Positions 47,395 through 58,646 of a stretch of 64,000 nt of DNA are shown in pieces. Made by a program: the position numbers and the translations under genes. The DNA is taken from NCBI GenBank assembly GCA_965262785.1, contig OZ253559.1:4066151-4130150 (forward strand), read 5' to 3'. How positions within the stretch are numbered: the first letter of the stretch is position 1; every line of letters begins with the position of its first letter. The notes under the pieces were generated by a model. That model did no database searches, was not told the origin of the DNA, and saw only the letters and a list, made by a program, of their open reading frames with translations. This DNA comes from Rhodothermales bacterium. GTDB taxonomy: Bacteria; Bacteroidota; Rhodothermia; Rhodothermales; Bin80.

Positions 47395-48672
47395 CTATTT
47401 AATCAATAGCTCCAGCACCTCAAGCTGTTCCACAGCGAATTTAAAGCCGCGCGTGTAAGTGACATCCTTGTCCCCGCCATAATTCCTCACAAGAATAGTC
47501 GCAAAACGCCTCTCCTCGCTGGCATTACTGCTCAGAGACGTTGAGGCGAGAAACTTTTCGTACGACTTAAGTAGGGGGGTGGGTTCATACTCTTGCGTCG
47601 ACACATTCAAGCCCGCGATTTCTTGAGCAGCGCTGATGATTGCCGATTCAAACCATAGTCGCTCCATCGTAAGATTAGAATCGTCCTTCACTGTTGAGGG
47701 CAACAGGCTTTCAACCATTTCCTTGTCGGAGTTCTCGCCGCGGAGGAACTGTCCGAGCATGCTAGGATTGTACACTCGCAAAATTAGAGCGACACAAAAC
47801 TCTTCTACGTAGTTGGGGAACCTTGCGGTATCCAACCGAGCAAACTCCAATGCCATGCGAAAGCGATATAGTGCCTGTTGAACCTGCCGCAAACCTATAG
47901 CGTCTACCGCCAAAAATGCATGTAGTAATCGTCTTGCCTTTTTTCTAGCATCCTGGTCAGGCATTAGAGACATCAGTCCCAGTTCGTCGAGAATTGAGCC
48001 AATAAACGATCGCCGCGGGGGGAGCGGAAGTTTGAAATCGACGTCAAAAAAGCGACGCAAATACCCATCGCCATCGAATTCGGGGCCGTAACAGCCGCTA
48101 ACCGCATGAGCCAATTCGGACCGATTCATGGCAAACACATAAACCATGTTGTCTACTGCTAGCAGGTGTTTGACCACTTCCATAAACCTAATTGCGTAGG
48201 TTGGACGACAACGGTCCAACTCGTCAATAAGCACGATTAGCGGTTTGTCGGTTTTATTCCGAATAGCCTGTGCGACTGCTTTTAACTTCGAACGAAATTC
48301 TTTTACGGAGCTCAGCTGTTTCTCATACACATCCAGTCGCTTTTTGGCGTCAGTTGTCAATGCGGCAATAATGCCGTCAACATCCTCGGCAGTGAGATTA
48401 ACAAGAGAGCCTGCAACGTGGGGTATGGTGGCGATCACTTTGGCGAAACATTCCTTAAGTTCTGACAGCCCAATTTTACCTGGCTCATCAATTAGGCCCT
48501 GAGTGGTCAATTGCTGCGTCAATTCACCGAAAATCGCCAGAGAGGCATCGTCAAAGTAGTCCGTGCTCCACGCATTTACTTCAATCACAGAGAAAGTGTG
48601 TTGCCTAAGGTGAGCGGCCCATAGGCGCAGAAATGTAGTCTTTCCGTTTCCCCAAGCGGCGTCAATTGCGAT
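47395..48672 (-). pseudogene. KAP-family P-loop NTPase, 5'-truncated by ISL3
   Basis: Walker A AIDAAWGNGKTT abutting IS end; Walker B VLIDELDRCRP; YLRRFFD. Confidence 0.85.
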
Positions 48673-50078
48673 GGCTCTTCCCCTAATCAGATGGGTGCAA
48701 TGTTGTATTCAACGGGAAACGATATGAGATGATGCGGATTCATACCCGCTTCTTGTCTGTTTCAAGGCCATCATCACGATGGCGCACACGTTTTCTAACC
48801 CCAGCAACGATATGTCGCAACTAAAGAAAGACATCGGTTGCCTCTTGGGCGTCCAGGCTCCCTGGAAGGTTTCCGAGGTGACGTTTGCGCATGAGGCGCA
48901 AGAAGTCCGGATTCATGTAGCTTGCGAGGACGGCCATCAGCTGTCTTGTCCGGAGTGCGGCTCGGCGTCTCCGGGCTACGACCACCGTCGCCGGCAATGG
49001 CGACACCTGGACCTGTGCGAGTATCGCACCATGGTGGTTGCGGAGCTCCCCCGCGTGGAATGTTCGGAGCATGGAGTGCGCACCGTGCCTGTTCCATGGG
49101 CGGAACCTATGTCACGGTTCACTGCAGGGTTTGAGACGCTGGTGATTGATTGGCTGCAGGAGGCGAGTGTGTCGGCGGTGTCTCGTCTGATGGGGGTGAG
49201 CTGGAATGCGATAGACGGGATCATGCAGCGTGCGGTGCAACGAGGCCTTGCGCGGAGGAAGGAACGGAATGTTGCCCATATTGGCGTGGATGAGACCTCT
49301 TTTCGCAAGCGCCATGCGTATGTCACCATTGTTTCGGATGCGAAGGCGGGTACGGTGCTGCATGTGGGCGAAGACCGTAAGAAAGAAACACTTACGCGTT
49401 GGTATGCTGGGCTCACTTTGGAGCAGCTGGAGGGCATCGAGAGTGTCAGCATGGACATGTGGCCGGCCTACATCAACGCCACGCTGGAGCATGTGCCAGA
49501 GGCGCAACGGAAGGTGGCCTTTGACAAATTCCACGTGGTGAAATGTCTGGGAACTGCCGTGGACAAGGTTCGGCGCCAGGAGCACCGGGCATTGATGAAG
49601 GAAGGCTTGGAAGACCTCAAGGGAACCAAGTATGATTGGTTGACTCACCCGGCCAACATGTCTGCTAAGCAGAAGGCGCGCTTCCAGCAGTTGCGTACCA
49701 GCACGTTGAAGACGGCCCGCGCGTGGGCTATCAAGGAAATGGCCCTGCAGTTGTGGCACTATGTCCACCGCACATGGGCGCGTAAGGGTTGGGAACGATG
49801 GTTGTCGTGGGCCATGCGGTGTCGGCTGGAACCGGTCAAGGCAGCCGCCAGAACCATCAAAACACACCTGTGGGGTATCCTCAATGCGATCATCCTGAAG
49901 GTGAGCAATGGCCCTGCGGAAGGCATCAACAGCCGGATCAAAACAATCAAAGTGCGCAGTAGGGGCTTCCGCAACAAACGGCGGTTTGCTAACGCCATTT
50001 ACTTTCACCTCGGAGGCCTGGATCTTTACCCCGAAAGCGTCCGCAGGTGAGCTTACCCACTAAAAAAGGGGTAGAGCC
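48673..50078 (+). mobile_element. ISL3-family insertion sequence (no TSD)
   Basis: IRs GGCTCTTCCCCT..TGGG / CCCA..AGGGGTAGAGCC. Confidence 0.9.
48779..50050 (+). CDS. ISL3 transposase
   Basis: CPECG zinc finger, IGVDET, SMDMW, DKFHVV, SNGPAEGINSRIK..RGFRN. Confidence 0.95.
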   Translation: MAHTFSNPSNDMSQLKKDIGCLLGVQAPWKVSEVTFAHEAQEVRIHVACEDGHQLSCPECGSASPGYDHRRRQWRHLDLCEYRTMVVAELPRVECSEHGVRTVPVPWAEPMSRFTAGFETLVIDWLQEASVSAVSRLMGVSWNAIDGIMQRAVQRGLARRKERNVAHIGVDETSFRKRHAYVTIVSDAKAGTVLHVGEDRKKETLTRWYAGLTLEQLEGIESVSMDMWPAYINATLEHVPEAQRKVAFDKFHVVKCLGTAVDKVRRQEHRALMKEGLEDLKGTKYDWLTHPANMSAKQKARFQQLRTSTLKTARAWAIKEMALQLWHYVHRTWARKGWERWLSWAMRCRLEPVKAAARTIKTHLWGILNAIILKVSNGPAEGINSRIKTIKVRSRGFRNKRRFANAIYFHLGGLDLYPESVRR

Positions 50079-50286
50079 CAAATTGTTTTGCATCACAACC
50101 AGCGCTGCCGGTATGAAGATCATCTCCGATCTTGGGTATAGGCCGACTACGTATTCGGAGCTGACCTCAGACGACGCCTTTTGGCAGGGCTGTAGAAGCT
50201 GCCAAAACTTCAGCGTGCTTACGCGCATGAAGCGCCAGGTATGCCTCTGTACGAGCATGCAGTACGACCCTGCAGCGGAGTCGTAA
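50079..50286 (+). pseudogene. 3' remnant of Bacteroidota-type GNAT (ArgA-like) acetyltransferase
   Basis: F.ITT..A.MK..SDLGYRP.T.SELT.DD.FW.GC..C.N..L.R..CLCT.M.YDP. Confidence 0.7.
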
Positions 50287-50729
50287 CCCACTAGCGGCAT
50301 CTTGCTTTCCCGTAGCTATTGCTTCAACCCCGTGATTGGTGGCAAATGCTGAGCAGCATGGCTAAACACTCGTAAACGTCCGCTGAAGCACATCCCTGAA
50401 GCTGGAGAGGACGCGGAGTGCCGCGCAGGGCTACGAGATTCACGGGGGGTAGAGAAAAGACCGGCCATTTTATAAAAACGTGGCCAGCGCCCGGGAGTAT
50501 GCCGTCAGATCGTACCATTTTCCATCCCATTGCTGCTCAGTCGATAGGAATGTGACAAGCCATCGAAGTATGCCAAAGCCTCCTTTCCGATAGTCAGCCC
50601 ACAAAGATCATTTGAACTTACCGCACACACCACAATCCCCTGGACACGGCCCATACTGCACCGCGAGGCCTCCCGGCGGCATTCGTGGCGTACAGCGCAC
50701 TCATACGGTACGATGTACGCGTCCGATTT

Positions 50730-51135
50730 TCATACTACGTGACTTAGTTCACCGGGCACGTAATCCTGACGGAATCGCGCCTCCCTGGGCGGGCCTTCTG
50801 GGCCTTCCACTGCTTTATCCGCCGCTGAAAGGCGCTACTGACTGTCCTGGTTCTTGCCCGGATGACGGTGCTGGCGATCCCGTAATAGCGATGTGGCTTG
50901 CAGACCCGGATTGACTTCGAGTTTCTTAACGACCTCGCTCCATTCCTCCTGGAACGCTTCCTGGCGCATTCGGCGCGTACGCGGCTCGTGAATTCACTGG
51001 AGAGGCGGCGTGTGAGCTTGTAGTTGCAGGCGGCCTTCTCGCTGATGCCTGCTCTTCTGGCCGCTGCGGTGACCTTGCGTTCTGTGTTCAAAAGACGAAA
51101 GAATTTGCAGATGACGTTGTTGGAGCACGCGGGGC
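50730..51135 (-). pseudogene. istA: Degenerate IS21-family istA remnant
   Basis: FRLLNTE..AAARRAGISEK; PFQEEWSEVVKKLEVNPGLQA; FQRRIKQWKA across frames. Confidence 0.65.
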
Positions 51136-51762
51136 TGCAAGGGCTGGTTGTAAGAGTCAACCCTCCACCCGACGTACGCCGGGTGCGCGTCCATTCAACC
51201 GACAAAAAGCCTGTCGCTGAGCTGAATCAATAAATGCCGCTCATCTGGAGGATATGCTTGATTCTGTGCAAGGGTATGCGGTGCGCTGCCATGGTCCTGT
51301 GCCTCCAATCTTCCAGGGAAGGCACAACGTTTCCTCGGTCAATAGGCGGCCAGCCGCACGTTCAGCGGCGGCACCTCAGTGGCCCTAATGCATCGGATTC
51401 GGTGGCCCATTTGCGTGAGGTTTGGTGGCCCACTGGCATCGAAGTATCCGGGTTAGTGCTGCCGTCGCCATGGCCTGCAGCATAGCACTATTGGCCCGAT
51501 TTGGCTAGTGCCCACTTAAATGCACCGAACAAGAAAGGCACAACCGCCCTTGGTCGGAGATTCGAGGCTCCGCAGTTCGCTGACCTGGCTTGAGTCCTGC
51601 CATCCTCTCTATGTAGTTGGAATTGTCGAAGACCTTAACTATAATTGACGGCAGAAAATGTGCCTGCCCGCCATGCCATTCTACTCCGCCAGATAACTAC
51701 TCCAACATTGCAAAGACAGGATTGAATGGAAGAGTTCGAGTGCCATTGCTGGATTCCTTGTC

Positions 51763-53565
51763 GTGGAATGCGTAGATGCCGCGCTCGTTGGAGTCGCAGT
51801 AGTTGTTAGAAGCCTGAATTGGAGACCTCAGTTGGCATCGGTCCACGCAAACGATAGCATTCGCTACGAACTGGACGAGCCGTGCCCTCCATTCGTGGCC
51901 ATAGGTGTTGGGGTTCAGGGTATTCTGGTGGTGCTGGCACCGGTAGTGTTGGTCGTAGCTATCAACGTCCTGGCAGGCGGTCAGGGCGAAAGCTCCCTAG
52001 CATGGTCCGTCTTTGCGGCGCTGATAATTGTCGGAGTGGTTACGGCACTTCAGGCAGCCAGAATCGGACGAATAGGCGGAGGACACTTTCTGATCGCCGG
52101 TGTCACGCCTAACTATATCGCCGTCTCGGTCTTGGCCCTGGCTGAGGGTGGGCCGGCCATGCTGGCAACCCTCATCGTCGTTTCGTCATTCTTTTACGTG
52201 CTAGTTGCAGTGTGGCTGCCGATGCTGCGCCGCATCATTACGCCGGTCGTCACTGGCACGGTACTTATGCTAATCGCGGCTATGGTCCTACCATTCGCGT
52301 TCGATCGACTGCAAGAAGTACCTGAGGGTGCACCAAGGGCGGCAGGTCTCTGCTCGGGAGCGGTAACGCTGATAGTATCCGCAATATTGGTCCTGCGCGC
52401 GTCTAAGAGCTGGCGGCCATGGTCGCTGCTGGTCGGGATTGCAACGGGCTGCATAACCGCAGCAATGTTCGGCATATACGATGTCAAGCGTGTTGTCGTG
52501 GCTTCTTGGATCGGAGTGCCCGATGCAAGGTTCCCAGGACTTGACCTGACACCGACGACGGAGTTCGGGGCGTTGCTGGTGATGTTCCTTATTGTGACCC
52601 TCGTGCACGCCATCAAGGGCGTTGGCGATTCTGCCGCAGTACAACAGGTGTCGCGGCGTCGGCCGCAGGCGACCGATTTTCGCCTCATCCAAGGCTCCAT
52701 CTACGCCAATGGGGTAGGCATTCTGTTGTCGGGCATTGCAGGAACACCGCCAACAAGTTCGTACTTGTCCTTCACAGTCCCGTTCATCAACCTCACAGGC
52801 GTCACCGTTCGCCGTGTTGGCTACATCATGGGAGGTCTTCTCGTGGTGTTGGCGTTCTTTCCCAAGGTTACGGGAGCTCTACTCACAATTCCCAGCCCAG
52901 TCATGGGGGGATTCTTGTTGGTCGCGCTGGGGATGGTTTTCGTCGAGGGGATTCGGACTCTCGTGCGGGCAGGCCTCGACGCGCAAAAAGCTATCGTGGT
53001 AGGGCTTGCGGTCGTCACCGGGTTTGGCGTGCAGCATCACAATGTTCTTGAGGAAGTGTTCGGCAGTCCTTGGGGCAAGTTTTTGGGCAACGGCATGATA
53101 ATCGGTACCGCAACGGCGATTGCACTAACCGCCTTTTTGGAATTGACCAGCCGACGCCGCCAGCGTATGGAGGTGCAGTTGGACAATACCAGCTTCTCTC
53201 AAATCGACGTCTTCCTCCAAGGGGTTGCTGCAAGGATAAGCTGGGATACGGCTGCCACTGAGAGGTTGCGCTCCGCGGGTGAAGAGGCCTTGGCGAGTAT
53301 GTTGCAGCTGGGCAACGAGTACCCGGCAGGCAAGGCACCGCGCTTGATTGTCGCCGTGCGCCCAGAGGGTGAGGCCGTGGAGATGGAATTCCTGGCGGTA
53401 ATCGAGGACGAAAACCTGGAAAACCGTCTTACATATCTGAACGAACAGGCCGAAATCCTTGACGAAACGGAGATATCGTTTCGCCTTTTAAGGCACTATG
53501 CTTCTTCGGTGCGGCATCAGAAATATCACGGCTTGGATATCGTCACTGTGAAAGTGACGCGGTAG
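51763..53565 (+). CDS. Xanthine/uracil (NCS2) permease with C-terminal HATPase/anti-sigma-like domain
   Basis: RRIITPVVTG, many TM helices, FPK..LL.IPSPVMGG; soluble tail RLRSAGEEAL; likely start 51832. Confidence 0.85.
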   Translation: MECVDAALVGVAVVVRSLNWRPQLASVHANDSIRYELDEPCPPFVAIGVGVQGILVVLAPVVLVVAINVLAGGQGESSLAWSVFAALIIVGVVTALQAARIGRIGGGHFLIAGVTPNYIAVSVLALAEGGPAMLATLIVVSSFFYVLVAVWLPMLRRIITPVVTGTVLMLIAAMVLPFAFDRLQEVPEGAPRAAGLCSGAVTLIVSAILVLRASKSWRPWSLLVGIATGCITAAMFGIYDVKRVVVASWIGVPDARFPGLDLTPTTEFGALLVMFLIVTLVHAIKGVGDSAAVQQVSRRRPQATDFRLIQGSIYANGVGILLSGIAGTPPTSSYLSFTVPFINLTGVTVRRVGYIMGGLLVVLAFFPKVTGALLTIPSPVMGGFLLVALGMVFVEGIRTLVRAGLDAQKAIVVGLAVVTGFGVQHHNVLEEVFGSPWGKFLGNGMIIGTATAIALTAFLELTSRRRQRMEVQLDNTSFSQIDVFLQGVAARISWDTAATERLRSAGEEALASMLQLGNEYPAGKAPRLIVAVRPEGEAVEMEFLAVIEDENLENRLTYLNEQAEILDETEISFRLLRHYASSVRHQKYHGLDIVTVKVTR

Positions 53566-54281
53566 AGAATATGGGATCCGAGGCGCTTTGCCAGCCTGTT
53601 TGATACAGCGGGTGCACGTCTCGGGGCATGAATTCTGAATATTCACCTATCTACGCGTGCCGTGCCGACCGTTTCGTACGGGTCGTAATATATGCGTAGG
53701 CAGCGGTGCGTGTGGCAAAGGCTTCAGGGTACCAAAAGAATCGTCTCTCGCGTCGCCAAGTTGCTTGAGATAGTTGAATGCAATGTGGACGCTCTCCTAT
53801 TCATGAGAGCCTGGGCGAGTCCACAATTTTATTCTAGCATGCATATTTCACCTTGGCTTTGAATTACTTTATTTCGGCAGCAGGGAGCTGTCGGATTGGT
53901 GATTTGGAAACCAAGATTCCGGCTCTGGTCCCGTTGCGTGCAGCATCGGCTGTGGTAAGCACCATTCTGGAGGCGTTGTGAGACACATGCAGAATGACTT
54001 CTCCGTCCATTGGCTCCGCGAGAGCGTACGTTTCCCATCAGGATATGGTGCCGTCAGCCACTCATCGGGGTATAACAGCAACTTTGGCCTCTTATCAGGC
54101 GCGAAAAGGCCCTGCATGCGGGAGGGGACCGCCCCGTCACATCCGTACTGTGGTGAGGCTACCTTGGCCAAGACAATAGGCCTTGGGCGCTATAGCGCTA
54201 AGTGCAGGCCCTTGCACCGCGCCATGTCGCCGCTAGCAAAGAGCGACTTGTCTATCAAAACGGATTTGCGCCCGCGTGGCA

Positions 54282-54836
54282 CTACTGAGCAGGGGCATCT
54301 ACAGGAACGTCTGTGGTGACGATGGCGAAAATACCCTTATCATCGCGCGCCGGGACAGAACGGGTAATCATCCAAATCTCACCGCCACCCTTGTCAAAGT
54401 AAGGGGCTGTCCAAATACCTGCATTCGCAGCCAATGGCATCGCGAACCAGACCTGCGCCTCAATGTTGTAGCCGGGCGTAGCTAGATCAAGGGTGGCCAA
54501 GCCGTCGCCAGATCTATATACGTAGGGACTAGTCATGACCGTGCCGCTATCATTCAGCAGGGCAGCGGCACTCCCGTAGAAGGTGGAGTGTGCTTTCACG
54601 TAGGCCCGCAAGCGCGCCGCATATGCGTCTGCATCGGACGGTCGTTCCGCCACCAGTTCTGCCACAAAAACATCGAGGGCAGTCTCTACCTCCGCCTGCA
54701 TTTCCTCCTGACCTGGCGCACTGGACCGGCATGCCTGCGCGACCACAAGGGCAAGCAGCACAAGAACCAGGACTGGCATGCACCATGGCATTTGAGACAA
54801 ACTCCATTTGGACTCAGGCACGCTCGGCACGGTCAT
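54282..54836 (-). CDS. Stand-alone Cache sensor-domain (lipo)protein
   Basis: VVAQAC lipobox-like; WF..P..GIWTAPYFDKGGGEIWMIT.SVP..D. Confidence 0.75.
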   Translation of the reverse strand: MTVPSVPESKWSLSQMPWCMPVLVLVLLALVVAQACRSSAPGQEEMQAEVETALDVFVAELVAERPSDADAYAARLRAYVKAHSTFYGSAAALLNDSGTVMTSPYVYRSGDGLATLDLATPGYNIEAQVWFAMPLAANAGIWTAPYFDKGGGEIWMITRSVPARDDKGIFAIVTTDVPVDAPAQ

Positions 54837-55349
54837 TTAGGGTGTTGCGAGTACCGGTTAGGGACAGGCTAAAGTGGCCCAGCCTGCGAGAGAAAATATC
54901 CAGTGTGCAAACGCTCGGATGCGCTGGCTAAGGGGTCCGAGCGGCCTTCGGGGGCAAGAGTAACACTAGTGCGTAATTAACTTGATATCAAGTCCGATTT
55001 GTGCTGTAGGATAGAAGTCTGTCCTTGGTGCGGGGAGCGGGCAAGGTATAGAATCAGCGCTGCGAATCGCGACCGGAGCAGTGCTGGAGGATTGCTCAAC
55101 GCACCAGTAATTGTTCACAGTTAAGAAGCGATGGTCCACCGTCTACAACTCCTGCCAGTCCACCAGGACAACTCCCAAAAAGCCGTTCGGCCGACAACTC
55201 TATCGGAATGATCCGAATCACCTGCTCACAGCGTCGCAGCACCTCAATCAGGCGTGCTTCATAGGTGAATTCGCCAGTGTAAAAGCCTTGCTAAGATGAC
55301 TGCGACGCATAATTCAGGACTCCTATGGCGATAAAGACCCCAATGATTG

Positions 55350-56540
55350 TTATGCTACTTTTGCAACCAGCGCCGTGCCCCCGCCCATGCCGTGGCAGAT
55401 TGCGGCCAGCCCCAACTCCTGTTCCCGCTGCGCTAGCGCGTTCAGCAAGGTGACCAGAATACGCGTGCCTGAGCAGCCAATGGGATGACCCAGCGCGATA
55501 GCACCGCCATGAACATTGAGGTCATCATACGACACGCCTAGCTGCTTGTGATAGAGGTAACTGCTTAGTGCAAAAGCTTCGTTGTTTTCAAACAGATCAA
55601 TGTCCCTCACTCCCAGGCCGGCCAGACTTAGTGCACGCTTTGATACCTGCACAGGCACTTCAAGAAACCGCCACGACACACCCGCTGCCCATGCGCTAGA
55701 CACCAGCCGGGCGCGCGGAGTCAAGCCATGCGCCAATACGGCCTCTTCGCTCGCCAGCAGAACGGCCGCCGCGCCGTCGCTGATCTGGCTACTATTGCCG
55801 GCAGTCAACGTGCCGCGATCGTCAAAGGCCGGCTTGAGACCGCCTAGTTCTTCCAGCGTAGTATCAGCCCGAATTCCTTCGTCCTGCGTAAGTTCGCGCA
55901 CACCTTTGCGGCTCCTCACGGGCAACGGAACCACTTCATCCGCAAAGCGACACTTGCGCGTAGCTGCGCCTGCGCGCTGGTGCGACGCATGGGCGATAGC
56001 ATCCAGGTCTGCACGTGTAGCGCCTGACTCTGCAACAAGCCTTTCCGCCTGCTCTCCCATGGCCTCGCCGGAAAGCGGGTCCGACAGCCCATCGCCGTAC
56101 AGCACATCAGTTACAGGCTCTTTGGGTCCCGGCAGGTACTTGTATCCCCAGCGCGCTTTCCCGGACAGGTAAAAGCCTGTGCTCGACATTGACTCGGTCC
56201 CACCCGCAAGGATGAGGTGCGCAGCTCCGGCTTTGATGTACGCTGCCGCTGTCATCACGCTCATCATTCCGGAAGAACAAACCATGTCAACCGAAACTGC
56301 GTCCACTGCTGGCGGAATCCCCGCCGTCAATGCTGCCTGTCGCGCCACCAGCTGTCCGCGCCCGGCGCGAAGCACATTGCCTAGGATGACCAAATCAAGT
56401 GCGTCACCGGTGACGCGCGCGCGCTCCAGCACTGACTGCAATACAGGTACCGCCAGCTGCACAGGTCCCCAACTCTTTAGCGATCCGCCGAAGCGACCGA
56501 TCGGCGTGCGTGCCGCCGCCAAAATAAACACGTCACTCAT
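55350..56540 (-). CDS. Thiolase (acetyl-CoA C-acyltransferase)
   Basis: ARTPIG.FGG, VCSSG, NEAF, GGAIALGHPIG, CHGMG. Confidence 0.95.
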   Translation of the reverse strand: MSDVFILAAARTPIGRFGGSLKSWGPVQLAVPVLQSVLERARVTGDALDLVILGNVLRAGRGQLVARQAALTAGIPPAVDAVSVDMVCSSGMMSVMTAAAYIKAGAAHLILAGGTESMSSTGFYLSGKARWGYKYLPGPKEPVTDVLYGDGLSDPLSGEAMGEQAERLVAESGATRADLDAIAHASHQRAGAATRKCRFADEVVPLPVRSRKGVRELTQDEGIRADTTLEELGGLKPAFDDRGTLTAGNSSQISDGAAAVLLASEEAVLAHGLTPRARLVSSAWAAGVSWRFLEVPVQVSKRALSLAGLGVRDIDLFENNEAFALSSYLYHKQLGVSYDDLNVHGGAIALGHPIGCSGTRILVTLLNALAQREQELGLAAICHGMGGGTALVAKVA

Positions 56541-56545
56541 GCTAC

Positions 56546-58630
56546 TCAGGGTAAATGGGACTGAGACTGCGTGCTGGCACGCACTTCGCCAAGCTGCCGA
56601 AGCATCGTGGCCACATAATTGGTGGGCGCCCGGCAGGCAAAGCCCTCGCAAACATACGCGGTAGCTTTGTCATCAATCATCTTGTACGGCGAAAGGCGGG
56701 GGCCTAGCATCGCATCCGGTGCCGTAGTCCGAGCCGAAGTCACCGGACGCAAGAAGGTTGCCGAGTTTGGCAAGTATGTGCTGCGAAGTGCCCGAAGCAT
56801 GGCTTTCGTATCCGGCGCCTGCGGGCTTCCGGCGATGACGACTTCAGAACAAGGACCCAGCGCATAGTCCAACGCAGACAGCATCGCCGTGACGCTCGTC
56901 GGTGCGGAGGTCATTAGTCTGGCGTGTGCTCTTAAAACACCCCAGGCTTCATCGACCAACTCAGCATCCGACGTTAGGTGCCCCAGGCGCAATAGATTCA
57001 TCATCATGACTGCGTTGCTGGAGGGGCCAGGTGCGTCGTACGAGGAGCGCGTTCGGACCAGTAAGGCTTCGCCGTCATCTGGCGTCAGGTAGAATGCTCC
57101 ATCCTCGGACCGAAAGTGCACTCGACAGACCTGGCAATAGCGCAGCGCCATCTGCAAGTACCGTGCGTCAAACGTTGTTTCGTAGAGTTCAATCAGGCCC
57201 CAAGCCATGTTTGCGTAGTCGTCCAGGAGTGCAGGAATCGCGGCCTCGCCATCTCGCCAGCGATGCAACAGGCGGTGCCCGGCGCGCGACAGGTGAGTTT
57301 CCACAAATGCTGCCGCACGTGCCGCCGCTTCTGAATAGGATGCCTTGTCCAGTACACGCCCAGCTCGCGCCATCGCCGCGATCATCAGCCCGTTCCAATC
57401 TGTCAGCACCTTGTCGTCCTTAAGGGGATGAACACGGGCCTTGCGACGCTCAAAGAGCTTCTGTCGGGCTAACTCCAGGCGTGAATCCGCCGCGCTAGCG
57501 CCGGTCAGGTACAGGATGTTCTCTCCAGTGTGCCGCCGCGTAGTTTCATCTCTGAAGTTGCCTCCTGGCTGCACATTGTATGCGCGTTCAACGAATTCAG
57601 ACTGGTCTTTGCCGAGCACATCTCGCAGCTCCTCGCGCGTCCAGAAGTAATACTTGCCTTCCATGCCCTCGCTGTCCGCGTCCTCAGCCGAATAGAAGCC
57701 TCCTTCCGGACTTGTCATGTCGCGCAGAACATAGCGTAGGATTTCGTCAGCCGCCTGCCCGAACAGCTCTTCTCCGGTAGCCTGGTAGGCTTCTGTATAC
57801 GTCAGTGCCATCGTTGCCTGGTCGTGCAGCATCTTTTCGAAGTGCGGAACCGTCCATGCGGCATCGGTTGCGTACCGATGAAAGCCCCAGCCAACCTGGT
57901 CGTAGATACCGCCGCGGCGCATTGCTGTAAGCGTCTGCCCCACCATCTGGAGGGCACCCGCCTGCCCGGTACGTTTCCAGTACCGCAGCAGAAAGCGCAG
58001 ACTTGTTGGCGACGGAAACTTCGGCGCATGACCAAAGCCACCATTCACCGCGTCGAAGTTGGACTGCAGCGCTCCGAAGGCTCTGTGAAGTAATACCTCG
58101 TTCGGCATGTCGCCGCTGGTATCTGCCATGATGGTGTCTGAAAGCGCGCGGGTCACGCGGTCCGCATCCATCATGAGATCATCACGCCTTGCGCGCCAGG
58201 CGTTCGCCGCTCTGGGCACTAAGTCCATCATCCCTATCCGTCCGTGGCTACTCGCTTTTGGGATATACGTGGCCGCAAAGAACGGTCGTTTGTCGGGCGT
58301 CATGATGATAGTAAGCGGCCATCCGCCACGCCCCGTCATCATTTGGCATACCGTCATGTAAACAGAATCTATGTCCGGCCGCTCCTCCCGATCCACTTTG
58401 ATGTTGACGAATGCTGCATTCAGAAGCGCTGCCACCTCTTGGTCCTCAAAGGATTCGTGCTCCATGACATGGCACCAATGGCAGGTCGAATAGCCGATTG
58501 ACAGGAAAACGGGCTTATCCTCCTCTGCTGCTGCCGCAAACGCTTCTTCTGACCAAGCCCACCAGTCCACAGGATTGTCCTTGTGCTGAAGCAGATATGG
58601 GCTTCGTTCGTTCTCCAATCTGTTTGCCAT
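56546..58630 (-). CDS. yyaL: Thioredoxin-domain/six-hairpin glycosidase-like protein (YyaL/SSP411)
   Basis: [36 protein letters not shown]. Confidence 0.93.
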   Translation of the reverse strand: MANRLENERSPYLLQHKDNPVDWWAWSEEAFAAAAEEDKPVFLSIGYSTCHWCHVMEHESFEDQEVAALLNAAFVNIKVDREERPDIDSVYMTVCQMMTGRGGWPLTIIMTPDKRPFFAATYIPKASSHGRIGMMDLVPRAANAWRARRDDLMMDADRVTRALSDTIMADTSGDMPNEVLLHRAFGALQSNFDAVNGGFGHAPKFPSPTSLRFLLRYWKRTGQAGALQMVGQTLTAMRRGGIYDQVGWGFHRYATDAAWTVPHFEKMLHDQATMALTYTEAYQATGEELFGQAADEILRYVLRDMTSPEGGFYSAEDADSEGMEGKYYFWTREELRDVLGKDQSEFVERAYNVQPGGNFRDETTRRHTGENILYLTGASAADSRLELARQKLFERRKARVHPLKDDKVLTDWNGLMIAAMARAGRVLDKASYSEAAARAAAFVETHLSRAGHRLLHRWRDGEAAIPALLDDYANMAWGLIELYETTFDARYLQMALRYCQVCRVHFRSEDGAFYLTPDDGEALLVRTRSSYDAPGPSSNAVMMMNLLRLGHLTSDAELVDEAWGVLRAHARLMTSAPTSVTAMLSALDYALGPCSEVVIAGSPQAPDTKAMLRALRSTYLPNSATFLRPVTSARTTAPDAMLGPRLSPYKMIDDKATAYVCEGFACRAPTNYVATMLRQLGEVRASTQSQSHLP

Positions 58631-58646
58631 GCAGACACCTTTTTCC

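Noticed and set aside
50047-50078. GTG start of an intact 79-aa protein
   Set aside because: The start lies inside the ISL3 right IR; the remainder is a truncated GNAT
56541-56651. N-terminal extension of thiolase in the ORF track
   Set aside because: Overlaps the YyaL-like gene; the thiolase motif begins at ATG 56540
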